64,000 nt of DNA from Auanema rhodensis (lineage: Eukaryota; Animalia; Nematoda): contig OZ059899.1 in assembly GCA_964057225.1 (NCBI GenBank), positions 6,448,001 through 6,512,000 on the forward strand. The letters are read 5' to 3'. Shown piece by piece: positions 25,301-39,599 of the stretch. Within the stretch, counting starts at the first letter, position 1, and each line of letters begins with the position of its first letter. Below the pieces are notes generated by a model. The model did no database searches and was not told where the DNA came from. It saw nothing but the letters and a program-made list of their open reading frames with translations. Position numbers and translations under genes: made by a program.

Positions 25301-28300
25301 TTATGATTTTCTGTTTACGGAAGCTCATCTTCTAGTTTACATTAGTTTTGTCATTCTTTCGTCATTTGACTTCATACTAAGTCAATTTTTCATGTTTACG
25401 TTTCCTAGAAAATACTTGTCGAATATAGTTGATGAATAGGTCTTCCAAATATTATTTAGATTCTAAATGTTTTCTTATTCCTTTTATGACCAGATGTTAC
25501 TTTTTTTTTGAAGACGTAAACTGAAATTTGAAAATAAGACGAAAAATTGATGAAGATGCAGAAGCAGAAGCACGCAGCTAAACAAAAATGTCAAATTCTG
25601 CATACATAAGAGGTTCGAAACCTGGAAACACCTACAGTTTATGCTATTCATATAATCAAGTAAACAACTAATTTCTTTTTTGAAATAAATAAAAAACAAT
25701 AATTGGACAACAAATTATCATTTTTTCATGAACCTGCATTACGTGCTGAAACTCAATGCATTCCTTCTTTTTTGTATTCGATAAGCACAAAAGAAGTAAC
25801 AAAAAGAAGAATTTTTCTCTTAAAATAATCCTAAATTCATGAAAGAACTATTAATAGTAACTTCTTTAGTAGAACATTTCGATGGCAACCTTTCTTGAAG
25901 AATTTAAATCAAAATAAAAGTGAAAAAGGCTATTCACATGAATCACCTGAATAGTTTTTCAACACTAATTTAAATAATTTTGTAAACTAATAATAATTTC
26001 CTAAATATTATTTTTGATATATTTCAACAAATCACTTGTTAATACAAAAATAATAAGACATAATATAAAATAAATAAAAAAATATAAAATAATTTTAAAA
26101 AAATTTAAAGATTAACATTAATAATTAAATTTTATGTACTATAAAGAAATATAAATATGTATAGCTATTCTAACATGATACTACTAAAGGTGTATATATA
26201 ACTATCTTATATGTATACATGCATACATATACACATGTGTCTGACACAATACCGCAAGACTGATTTAAACTCATCTCTCCAATACACTATATCAGAAATA
26301 TATTTTTTAAAAATAAAGTTAATTATGAAAAATTATTCAAATATTGTTTTCATCATTACGTTAAAGTTTTAATTAAGCTTGTTGATCGTTTTTTTCAATA
26401 CGAAAAAACAGAGATTTAACTATAAAATATTCGGAAAACAGATTTTTTATCTGGGAATTTCTTAAATATTTACAAATTCTTGGTTTTTGTGCAGCTTTTT
26501 AAGGTTTATGATTCCTCAGTAAGTTAAAGATAAATCAGTTTTTGAAAAAAAAATTTGTTCCAAATATATATTCTATTCTATTTATTGGATGCAAATTTAA
26601 AATTTGGACATCTGCTGATGTAATGTTCCAAGTTTAAACATTTAAATTATGTATTTCGGTTAAAAAAGATTGTAGACCAAAAAATTTGGAAAAGAAATTA
26701 TTACAATTAATTTTTTTCTGTTATATATGAAAAGTTTCAAATATGAAGTATGATGTTACTTTCTTTCAGTCCGTAATTGCATCGTTGTTTTGCATTCTGA
26801 ATTAACTTAAAGCTTCTCTTTTCCATTGTTCTTAAGCGTAATGTTCATTTTACATCGGATGTCTTTTTTTCTTTCAATTCTCTCAATTTTTTCTATATCT
26901 ATCTATAGAAATTTCTTTGTTAGCTTTCTTTTTTTTTCTTTTCATTTGTGTAGTTCTCTTCTTAAAAGCTGGCGAAACCTTATCAAAGATTCGTCCTCCA
27001 CAATTTCTTCAACTTCAATACATTTTCAAATAGCTTTAAGAAGCAACTGTAGCAACTCAATGGAATACATATCAATGTATCTACATATACATACATGTAT
27101 GTGTATGTAGTTGTAAGAAAAGTTTCCTTTCTTTTTTCAACTTTTCATTATTATTCCCAACAAGTTTTTTTTTATATTCAGTTTTGTTTTGTTTTGTTGT
27201 TATTTCAAATTTTATTATTAAAATAGTGAAAATTTGAAAATTATTTATATAGGAACCAATGCTGAATAAAACCTAGATACATATCTCTTCTGTCTGTTTT
27301 CAGTGTTTTTATATTCATTCTACTGGCCTAAGGGTTTATTACGTTTTAAAGTCAGAATAATTACTCATTGTTCAATTTCATAATTTTGAATATTAAAACA
27401 AAAAAAACCTAAGGTTTTTGCATGGGTTATTCTTCTTTTGTAATTTGTAGTTTCAGTAGTTTTCAAGAAGAATTGTAGCTACCTAATTAGGGTTTAAGCA
27501 TACGAGATCTTGCTAACAAGAGGATATGGATTTGGGTTATAACTTTTGATTTTGTTCCCTGAGTGACATAAGGGTTACATAGAGAGGGTGAGAGGGATTG
27601 GAACTGAGAGGAGAGAAAGAGAGGAAGAGATAATGGAGAAAGTTAGAGTTGAAGTAGGGAAAGATAGAAATAGAACTAAGGATGCACGTTTTGAGTGAAT
27701 TATAATGAAAAAATGTCGCTTGTCGACTAAATTGAAATGGAAAGGAAAATCTGGTTGCAATGTATTCCTCGAAATATTCTTCATTACTAATTCTTTCCTG
27801 CTACTTCATTCTTTTTATCTTTAAATTCACTTTATTTCAAGAGCTCTGGAACTACTTCGACTCCAACTGACCTCCAAAAAGCAAGCCATTCAAATTTCCC
27901 TCGTATTTTTGGCATAAAAAACAAACAAATGCTATAGTCTGTGATGAACATCTTGCAATGCAAATCATCTGTTTGCTAACTAAGGTACAAACCTGGTAAC
28001 ATCAGAATTCCAGTCAGGCTTACGTCCGCAATAGGAACGGGAAAGATATAGCGAAAGGCATAGGGAGTGACATAAATTGAAGAAGGAACGGAAGTGAAAA
28101 AGAGAACGAGCAAGAAACAAGGAAGGATAGCTTCAAAAGAAAAAGAAAGATAGATAAATAGATAGATAGATAGGGAGAGTGCCAATAGGAGAGTACGCAC
28201 AGCGGCTATGACCATAAGCTTGGAATAGTTAGTATTCATCTAAGTAAAAGAATGATTTTTTTTGAATAAACAAAGACAACTAGACGGCAAAGTAATTCAA

Positions 28301-30448
28301 TTGATTGTGAGGATGAAAATGCAAGTCTTGTATCGGTATCTTTACCAACAAGCATAGCGCCTAAACAGCCAATTCTTGTTAACATTATAAAGCAAGAATC
28401 ATTTGCTGTTTAGGAATGTATTTTTCGTTCAGAATTCTTTGATATTAGCTGTCCATTGTCTTTAGACTATTAGAAAGCTGTTTCAATTTGTATTCAATCC
28501 ATCGTAAGGTCATTTGCTTAAAAAGAAAAAATCATATTCATTTTTAATTCTATAAACATGACATGATGATAGATATTTTTGACTGATACTAGCAAATGAT
28601 TTCAAATGTAGAATATGTAATTTAATGTTATTCACCACATTCAAATCATATCACATGTGATAGTAAAGAAAAATAATTTGAACATCGTAAGAGCATACAT
28701 TATATTTCAAATTAGAAAGTATTACATCATTTACATAGTTCTTACTTCATTTGAATTAAATCATAATAAACTACTCAAATCTTACTATATACTTTATAAT
28801 TTTGAGTTGTTGTTTTTTTTTTTCGAAAAAAGTTGGTTTTCTCTTTTGAAATCAGAAATATTTTTTCTTGTGATTGGAATATCGTTGTTGTAGTATAAAC
28901 AAAAATCATAACCATACGTATAAATACATCTAAAATATTTTTATTTTCATAATTTTCTTTATTTTTTGCATAAAACATAAAGCAATTCACATGACTTTTG
29001 TTATGATAACAAGCAATTGATATCTTACTACACCAACCAGCTTTATAATATAACATATAATAATTTTTTGGAATAAATTTAAAATGAGATATAAATGAGC
29101 ATAGGCACATATTACTATATTTATAACAATTTATATTGATATAGTTATATAGATATATATTAGACTATTTCACATATAAAACACATTTAGAATATGTCGG
29201 ATAAATGAAAAATATTTTAAAAAATAGAACAACAATCTCATCGATTATCTTTCCAAGTTGAAATGAATTCAGACAGAAATTAATAATGATAATACTCAAT
29301 TTAATTTATTACTGTTCTCACCTTTCTAACCAAATCAATTGGCATTTTGCTTACACCAGTCAGACGACACGTAAAGATTCACGTGAACGTTTCACGTAAT
29401 TCACGCAACAATTATTTTTTTCAGTAAATATGTAAAAGAATGGTTGCTTCTTCTCTCAGTTTTGCAAATAAATATTGTTTTCTCCACGTATATTTAAGAT
29501 ATACATCCATCTATTTCATTATCGAGCATGTTGGAAATCATGTTTTGTTACTTCTAAGCCTTTTTCATTTGTTCTCTGAATTTGCTATTCTCTGTTCCTA
29601 CCACACAACACGTTTATATCATTTTAAAAACGTACTGCTAACGCTTAAAGAGAAAACTCAGTGGATCCGTTAGTATAACTCAACTCAAGTCTGCCTCCGC
29701 CTCCTTCTTACCAAGCAGTGGTCTTCTCAGCTGGCTTCATCGTCGCCGTGGTGGCTGGCGTTTGTTCATCCGGCCGCCCCTTCTTGGTCCAAGACGCTGA
29801 CTTGTCGTTTAGGCTATCAGAACGAAGCTTGTGTTAAAGTTTCTCCATTGGTTCTGTCGTCAACTTTCGAGAATTCTCCGAGTCAACTGAACGCAACTCT
29901 TATATCTAAACGTTATCGACGCCAATATATTTATTGCTTTAAACTACTATAATCAACTATACTATATAATCTACCATCAGAATTTATAATTTTATCTTTT
30001 AACTTTAATTTTACATTTCAAACTTTTTACGTCACGTCTTTGAATATTTGTAACAAGAAGATTAATATCTTTTATTTCCGGAAATCTGGTTCTACATTCA
30101 GATTAACCTCAGAACTATTTTCTTTGAATGGAATTTATTGTCTAAAAGGCGTCGGAAAACACTATTCAAATCCTGTATCTGTTCAACTCACGTTCTCCAG
30201 TACTACGACTGCAGCTGCGGCAATTTGTATAACCTATTCATAGCCACAATCTCTCTGCTTTTCGAGCTTTAGCTCCTTGATATCATATTCAGCATCTCCT
30301 TGCTTTTCACGTCAACGTATTTATCTTCATCGTCGGTGCTCTTGTCGCCGCCCTCGTTATCGCCATTTCGTCCACAAAACAAAAAAGAAAAATATCATCT
30401 GAGAACAGATTTGACTCCTTTTCCGGTTCTTCCTCTTCGACCGTAGTA

Positions 30449-30536
30449 ATGTTGGACGAATCAGCTGGATGTCCGAATGGTCATGAGAAGAAGCGCCGGC
30501 CATCACCGGGTCGTATCTCATTTTCCGATCAGATAG
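30449..30536 (+). CDS. sto-2: Candidate alternative first coding exon of sto-2 (MLDESAGCPNGHEKKRRPSPGRISFSDQI)
   Basis: GC-richer, ATG-initiated 88-nt exon with donor G|GTCAGT. Phase 1 matches the acceptor at 39600. Confidence 0.6.
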
Positions 30537-33500
30537 GTCAGTGTACTATTTCATAGTTCCTAGGTTTTAAAAAATAGTTTTCTTTCATCTAGTGGCCTTA
30601 GTATGTACTTATGAAAATGATTAATGTGTAAGAAATTCACTTCTGTTTTATGATGAGCAGCTAAAATCGTTTCATTTCTTTTTAGTTTATATGAAAATGC
30701 TGTCGAATATGATGCTTTTGATTGTTTATTTAATTGAATTAGAGAGAATTTATATTCTTTTACTTTAATTGTAAGAAAAAAACGTTACGATACACGCTTT
30801 CTTTCATCTTTCACAGTCTTTTTTCCATCATCTTTGTCAGGAATCTCTGTCTATATACTTCTCTTTATCTCTCATCTTATCCTTAGTAAAGTACTTTGTT
30901 AAACGAAATAAAATTCTTATTGAGTTGCATTTTCCGCTGCTTTGACGACGTTTTCTCATGCTTCTCATTGCTAACTTTCTTTCTTTCCATTTTGGAACGT
31001 CTTAAAACTTTTTTGCAGCCTTGTCTTTTATCTTTTCTTCTTTTTCTTTCTTTTCTTTTTTTCATTTTTTATATTATTATAACTTTATCGTGTTAGTTCT
31101 CAAATCAACTGACTCCCTCAAAGCTTACTTACTCCTTTTTTGTTGCATTTTCAACAAACAAATTCTGAATTATCATCGCGAAAGCATTTAGTATCCATAC
31201 ACATCTCTTTTAGTATTTTTTACGGTTTTTAAGCTTCAAATGAGGAGCATTGTTTGCTGTGAATAACTGATAATGACACAATTACTAATAAGCTTAGTGT
31301 TAAACTGATTCAATAATGAATTGAAATTTATTTTTTTTTTGTAAACACAACGGTTATGTTCCAACTCAAAATATGAAATATTAAAAGATATATAGAGGGT
31401 AAAATGAACAAAAACACACGAATATTAATCAGATTTCTCTTCATCACATATGTTAGAAATCGCATATTTACGGTGTTTTTTTGTTTGTTATATGAAATAT
31501 ACTATGTTTCTCTAAAATATACTAACTTGATCTAATATCTTTATTTCTTTGTCGGAATATAAAGACAATTTAGCATATCCGTTCATGTTATGTATATGTG
31601 TGTACATACTATGTACATGTGTATGTGAATATCCAATTTAGAGAAAACAAATGAACTTTAGAAGTCAAACTTAAGATGATCTCAAGGCTCTTTTAAAGCA
31701 ATAAACTGGTAACTTGGAGACGAGTATTGAAAAAGTCTGACGCACTTCTAAAGCGCGAGGATATAAATAAAATGAGAAGCAAGAGGCAGAGTATGTTTAA
31801 AAATAATTACGAGAGGAACCAAATGGAGTGTATCAAGTGAATGAATAATCCTTACTTACTACAAAGTATATAACTTGAATCTCTTATGTAGAACATGATG
31901 TACTTAAAGCTCTATTTCATTACTTGCCTTCCATGATTCAATTTTGTTTTTCTTCAAAAATCAGATCCTCTTTCCCGAACTGAAAAACGCTAGAAACTCT
32001 CAAGAACAGTTGCTTACAATTATTTTTAGTTTCCTTGAATCAATTCAAATTCAGATATTAATATTCATGAAAACCTAGCAATATATTCATCCCATCATTT
32101 TCCCTACATATCTTGCATTTTAAGAAAACAACTATTCATTCAAAGCGAAAAAAAAACTTCTTGTTTACCCTAATTATGGTCTGTTGTTGCTATCCTTTCC
32201 GGCACCATGAACTGCTAAGCTCTCCTCGTTCACACATGCTGTCTTTCTGCCATTTTAAGCAGCTCCGACCCACTTGGTAAAGCGCTTCTATTCAACTTAT
32301 CCTCATGAAGCTAAGCCATTTTTTAGTCTTTCATTACAGCAGCATATTCGTTCTACTTTCCTCCATCTCTCCTTCTCTTTTTGCTTCTTTTTCCCTCTCA
32401 ATTGGTGAAGGAGAGGACGAAGGCTGAATGTTTTGATGATGATGAGTAGGCATTGGAAATAAAGAAATGGAAGAATAAGCAACTTGAATATACATACATC
32501 AGTGTAAATCAAATGATTTCATTGTTTCAGTAAATTGCGATAACGTCAGAACACACATACACACACACACATGTACATATCTTATATCATTCCCTCTCCA
32601 CCCTGGAAAAGAAATCGTAAAGTTACTTCAAAAAATTATCTGAACATGACATATTTACTAATAGACTTTTTTTCTGTAGTCATTGGAAATATGTTATAGT
32701 TCTGATGGCAGATTTTGCTGTTATTGACTTTAAAATTTGGTTTGACTGACTTTGAACTAAGATAAATAAACTAGTCGCGGTCAGCTGAAAAAAGAAGTAT
32801 AAGAATAACATCCAAAAAAAAGCTTCCGATATACGACGAACGGAAAAGCCTCAAATTCTAACCTTTCAAAGCGCGGTTCGGCACTGAGCATGCATTTGTT
32901 TTTTTTCTTCAGAAGGTTGTTGCTGAAGATAAATTTTCGTAACGTCTACAACTATATGTATAAAGAGTATTCATGAATAAACAGGACAATTAATCATAAC
33001 ATATTGAACAGATTCAAATATGTTAAGATAAGCTTCTGTCAAATCTTGATATATACATACGATATGGTGAAAGATATAAAATAAGCACAATCTTATTAGT
33101 CCCTTTTGTTCTTTTTAAGAGCACTTTCGTCTAAGGACTTTTTTGGCACAGTTTTTTAGTAGACGTGATGAACTGAGCATCAGAAAGCAAGATAACTTGA
33201 CCATGAACGATCTAAAAGTATTGTCTTTGACTTTAGACAGCTTTCCGTTTCCTTTAAAATGCTTTTCCGTTCGTTGGCACGCACGAACAAGGCATATCTT
33301 TCTCTTTATTCTCCCTTTCCTTTTTTATTCTTTATCTCTTTCATATTTTCTCTCTCTCTCTCTTTTTCACAAAGCTAAGGCTTTTCTCTTATTTTATTCC
33401 CTTATTTCTCTATATAGAAATATATTTCTTTCACTTTTCTTTTATGATGTATCACACAGCTATGTGGAACATGCTGCTGTCGTATGCCCCTTAGACCCTA

Positions 33501-34252
33501 GACGATAGCACAACTAATCTGATTTCGGTTGCCTACATCAGCACATTTTAAGCTTTAAGCTTAGCCTATCATGGTGGTCTTGAGTGTTATGCACATTGTA
33601 ATTCAAAACATCTCCTGTATTCCTACTGAAAACATAGTGTCAATTTGATATTGTGTTCTATTTCTTGTTAGAGTTTAACATCTCCCATGTCATTCAATTC
33701 TTCTGTTCTATACGTATGGTATTAAGATTTATTTCATCCGTTTTTTTTTATTTTGTGTTCCTCAAAATTCTATTTATAAATTAAGTTATATTCCAATTAT
33801 ATATTATATAGTAACAATCCGTTCAAAACTATAATATTTGCACTAGGTGATGCTTAACTAGCCCCACCTTTCCCAAAAGAAATTTTTAATTTTCGTATAT
33901 TTTTAGATGAAAAGCTTGTTGAAATCAATCTATCTAAGAAATATATACAACAAGGTTTAAAATTTTCATTGTAGGCCTGCCAAAGTTATTTTTTTTCAAA
34001 AAAATGCGATCTAACAGCTGTTTTTTATAATTTTCTTTTATATAAGAATATTGTTCATATATGTTTTATTCATATACACATACATCTGCAGACAATATTG
34101 AAATAAGATTTCGAAACTATTAGTTTTTTTTTGAGAAAACATGACTCTATTTAAAGAAAAAATGTGTATATCTACTTACTCCTCGAAAACATTAATTCAT
34201 CTGATGGTTCAGTGATTTTTGTGTAAAAAAAAAAGAACTACAAACAAAACGA

Positions 34253-34277
34253 AAGAAGAAGAAGAAGAAGAAGAAGA
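34253..34277 (+). repeat. (GAA)n microsatellite
   Basis: About 8 units. Confidence 0.85.
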
Positions 34278-37200
34278 TTTTTTTTTCCAACAACGATTAT
34301 AAAAAAAATAGAATCATTCATCCATATATTCATTCTCATGTTATATGTATATGTATATAGGAGTCACTTGCGAGAATCTATTACATTATTAAGAAACAAA
34401 AAAATTCATAATGTAACCGAATGACTGTGAGAATTTAACTATATGACTATAATAATATTGATATATAAATAGAAATTTACGAAAAAAACAGCAAAAATTT
34501 AGCTAATACATTGGAAATGTTCGTTGAAACTTGTGCTTTATGCCTAGTTTGAACTTAATGAAAATCCATTTTCATGTATCTTGTGCAATCTGTCGCACAT
34601 GCTCCAACTTCCATAAAAATCTCAGTATTGACTTGATCGAGTTCCTCAATTTTATCTCGGAAACTATTACTCTTACTCTCTCTCTTATATAACCATATTC
34701 TCTGGTCTATCTGTATACTCTCTATGCTTTAATTTCTTCGTTACTCCCTCTCCAAGCATTTATTATTTTTAGCTTAACTAGTTGAATGAATAACATAGAA
34801 CATCAGATCTATGTTCATCCCTAGTTCAATTGAATTTCCTCAAAAAAAAACATCAATATATAGCTAGTATTATATTTTTAAAATCTTTATAATTAATTAA
34901 TATTATTTGAACGGGTTGTTACAATATTCATTCATATTTATATTATGAATAGATCCTTAATTTATATTCAAATTGATTCAAACACTATTTATCTTTTCGA
35001 AAATCAAATAAACAAGTCTAGTATGAAAAAAAATGTTTTTTTCTCATCAAAATTTAAATTTTCTGGAATAAAGTTGTCATAGCAAAGATTTTACTGCCCT
35101 ATATATTATCGAGCATTTCCTATTATTATTCCTGTCATTCTCATTCTTGATTTCTATCCATATTTCTTATTTTGTATATTTTTCAAATTAACCTGTGTTA
35201 AACGATGCAACTTAATTTTTACTACCGGGACTCTGTTGTTCGAACATTTATTTCCTATTTTTCCGTAACAAGTACCTAGCTTATTTAGATGTCTTTCTTG
35301 GAAGTTCCACCTGAATATGGCGAAAGTAAGTTTGCATAATATTGCAATTATGTTCAATGTTCATTATGAAATTTTTTATCTATTTTTTTTTTCTACGTCT
35401 TCTTCTTCTTGAATATATTAAGCTTGTTCTATAATTTTTTAAACTGAAAACTTAATAAGGGTAATCTTATATATGCACTTATGAAGAATAGCTTGTAAGT
35501 TTTCTTCATCTTTCTTCAATAACTTTGTCTTCCGCTTATGTTTAGTCTTTTTCTAGCATCCCAGACATACGGGGGATGATTTCATGCTTCGTAGGTCCAA
35601 GCAATCGACCTTTTCTACCCTTTTATGAGATTTGTTGAAACAAGCAATCTCTTCTCTTCATGACACTCTCTACCTTCTCTGTTTCTTCCTCACTCTTCTA
35701 TTAGTTTTCTTGAATATCTCTTCTTCGTGTCTGGTTTCAAGGAACTTTATTCACAGATTCTTTATTTTAATTTCCATCTCTTCTCTCTTCTCTCGATCCC
35801 TTATTCAACAATATTTGTTTTCTTTTTTCTTACTCCTTTTCAAATAAGATACATGCTTTAATGAGCTATCTTTGTAATTTCCGTACCTCGATGAAGTCTC
35901 CATATTCGTTTTGCATACATCATAAGCTTTCGAAGTTGTCCTTTTTAATTTTTGTAATGTCGTCCATTTTTCTGTTTTGAACTTACTTCTTGAAACTGAA
36001 ACGAACTTCATTAAATTCAAATTGTTTCTCTTATCTCTAGTTTCTAGCTCATTTTCTTATAGGCAAATGTCATTTTAACCTTAACGTTGTCACACATTTC
36101 CGTTTCTTATTCTGAAATTTATTTTACCCTGCTCTCATAGTTCAAGAGTTGGCTATAATAAACATAATAAGATTAGCACGATGATATACCAAGCGTTGGT
36201 GAGCGGATCTTTTTCAAATTTCAAAGAAAGAGATTGTCTCTTCTTTTCATATCTAACTCATTTTTGTTTCTTCATTTATTCTCTTTTCATTTTACTTATG
36301 AACACTCTTTTAATATTGTAAAAAGCCTAATAAGAAAAGATTCTATTCTTTATCAAAACTTTTCTGACAAAACGTGAATGTATGCATATGCATAGATACT
36401 AGACATACATCTATGTGAAACATGTATAGATACATAGATATAGATAGAGATACATAGAGATACTAGTATATATAGTATATATTATATATTAACTTCCAAA
36501 TATAAATACAAATATATATATTAGATGCATACATACATATAATACATATATGTATATATTACATATATGTTTTTAAATCAAACTAAATAGTAAACAAGAA
36601 ATAATATTAAACGCGACTAGAAAAAGAAAAGAAAAAACTCATCGGAATCATTGTCTTGAGTAGGAAGACGCTTTAGCTTATTCAAAATGATTTAAGTTTT
36701 CTCATTTCCGTTTCTGCGTTGGTATTCAAGAAAACTCCATTTTACTTCAACATCTTCATTCGAGTTAACGTTGAATCTAGTATTCAAGCTGATGTCTTTC
36801 GTTTATCTCGTATGTATGTATATACTCTAACAATGTGCTTTATGTGTTGTGTGTATTTGGATTTGTTCGATTTCTCAAAGCATTCACCTCAATTTGTTGC
36901 TCGTCTGCAACTTAGTGTTAGGTTTCATTTCGATTTTAAACATCTCATCCTTATACAATTCAAATTAAATGTTTTTAGCATTAGTTCATTCACAGGTTCT
37001 TTATTCACAATTTCTTTTCTTTCTCTTTTCTCTTTTTTTGAATATATTTTTCTTTTTTCATTCTTTGGATATATAGAGGGTGCTATGCCACTAAGACCTA
37101 CCTTACTTTAGTATTATTATGTCGTTTAGATTTCCAGACTTTAAATTTATAAATATATAGTATAATTTGTAAATATATATTTCAAGATTATATGTTCCAA

Positions 37201-39599
37201 ATGTAAAATATTCAATTTCTAATTTAATTCTTGTTTTCTAATTATTAAGTGAGAGAAAAATAATTATTTATATAATCAAATTATTCAGTATTTAGCAATA
37301 ACTTAATAGCTTATAATATAATATTTTAAAATTTAAAACATTATTTTATTATCTTTATTAGTTTATTCAAATTTGTGATAGGTTATATAACATATTGAAG
37401 TAATCAAAAACAACTGCTTTTGACATTATTTTTGGAAAACAAGTTGAAAATATGCTGCTCTGCTCGGGATTATCTTCAAAAGAAAATAATCATTTAGAAT
37501 AATCTTTATATGCTAATTTTAATTAAACAATTAACAAAAATTTCATTATATATAATTATATAGAACCTTATGTATATATAGTATATTATATTATATGTTT
37601 ATAACTAATGATATTATTTCAATAATCTATAATTTTCAATTTGTTGCAATTATATTTAAGATTTTATTCGAAATTAGTAATAATTCACAACTTGGCCATC
37701 GTAACACAGCTTATGTGGAATGGAATTATTCTTAAGACAGCTTTCCATGAAGTGTTTAAAAGATTGCCGGAGGCTATTACACCTCCAAACTGACTTTTAT
37801 AAAAATGGAAATTTTCTAAACACAACTCAAAGTTGAGTTATGAACGGACAAAAATATTCTCCAAAAAAATCGTAATGAATATTTTATTCAAACGAACCTT
37901 TGTTTAGAAGAATTTACAATATAACTAACAATTTCTTCAAGAATCATAAGTAAAATCTCAAAAAACATCGATTTTTAACTTTTCAAAATAATTTATTTTA
38001 ATTGTAATATTAATGTTAATGATTAACTTCATCAGAAAAGAGTATAGTGCATAAGTTAATCAGAGTTACTTTACGTGAAGAAGTTTAATTTGCAAAATAA
38101 TCTTTTTTTGGAATTTCAATAACTTATTATAAACCTCATTGAGCTTTCTTTTTTGTTCTGGAATACTGTTTCACGTTTTTGAAATTTTCGATTCCTATTC
38201 ATAAAGTATATGAAACATACAGGATATTTTTCCTTTGAGTTGGTGGAACAGACTTCACTTCTAATGTTTCTGCTTCTGAGTCTTATCCTTTCCTCTCCAC
38301 TCTGTCTTCCTCTTGACTCCGCCTCCGGTTAGCAAATGTGGTCATATTGAGAGGTTTATCTGCTTCCAGATCATCGACTTCTTCCAACTCCTTTTTGAAA
38401 ATATCTCTTATCTTAATCGAAAAACTTTTTTGTTTCATTTTTGATCATGAATATTATTCTTATGATGAAAGTATTCAAAAACCCATGATCTAAGGCGTTT
38501 TCCGCCGTTTTGTCACATCCCTATGACATCGTCTTGTTCTTCAAGCTTTTGTCATTATCGGCTGAACTCTAACTCCATTTCCTCAAAATGAAGAGAGCTG
38601 CCGACCACATTGATAGAATATCTCATGCTTTCCTTTTTCTATTTCATTCATACATATTTCTTTAATTTATAACTAAAAATGAGTATTATTGTGATGAATT
38701 AAGTTTTTTAAATACAAAATAATTATAAAACGTGATTAATATTTTATTTTTAACTAATACTATATAATACAAATGATTGTATCATACGTTTTATAAAATT
38801 TGTTTGAAATGTTATAGAAAGAATGTTTAAGTTTTGTTGAACATTTCTTAATTCCCTCTACTTTTCAATGAATAATCTTACAAATATAGTTCCATAGAAT
38901 TTATGTGATACATTTTCTGTCTTATTTTTGAATTTTGAACATGTTTTACTGGATCATTTTCATAATTCATTATATCTTTTTATGAGTTTTCATTCATTGT
39001 TTCTTTGTTCTGCTTTCTTTTTCTTTTACAAAAAAAATACATATGCTACCTAAAATACAACTCACATTCTATAAAAATAAGTATTTTCTTATTTTAAAAC
39101 TGACGATTTTGCAAAAGATTTATTACGAATTTGGAACTTGTTCAAATATCAAGTAAATTTAATAATAATCATAATCTATATGTATATATAGATATATATA
39201 CATATAGTATATACAACATATTCCCAAATGATTGACTATTCTCCACTATGCAAGTATGTTGATCATCTCTAATTGGATATTCAAATATCTTGTATACTTA
39301 ATCATATGACATATCAACAATGCGATGATTACATTTCATATTTACAGCATAAAGCTTCCTAAAATGCATTTCTTAATAAGATTTTTCAAATTTACATCTA
39401 TGTTCAAGTATACATATGTATGTTATGTATCTATATATGTGTTAGTTATAGTAGTGATATAGAGTTAAATGAATATGAAGTCATAAACTAAAGTACTAGC
39501 CTAATTACTTCCTTTCTTGAACTAAGCATTAAAATAATTTTTAAATTACAAGGACTTTTATCTTTTCATTTTTCAATTTTATTTATCGTATTTTTTCAG

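Noticed and set aside
16184-37111. Many 60-130 aa Phe/Leu/Ser-rich ORFs (e.g. 16490-16807, 22856-23125, 33143-33508, 36719-37111)
   Set aside because: Compositional artefacts of CT/GA-rich and T-rich DNA, often with non-ATG starts, no motifs and no splice support.
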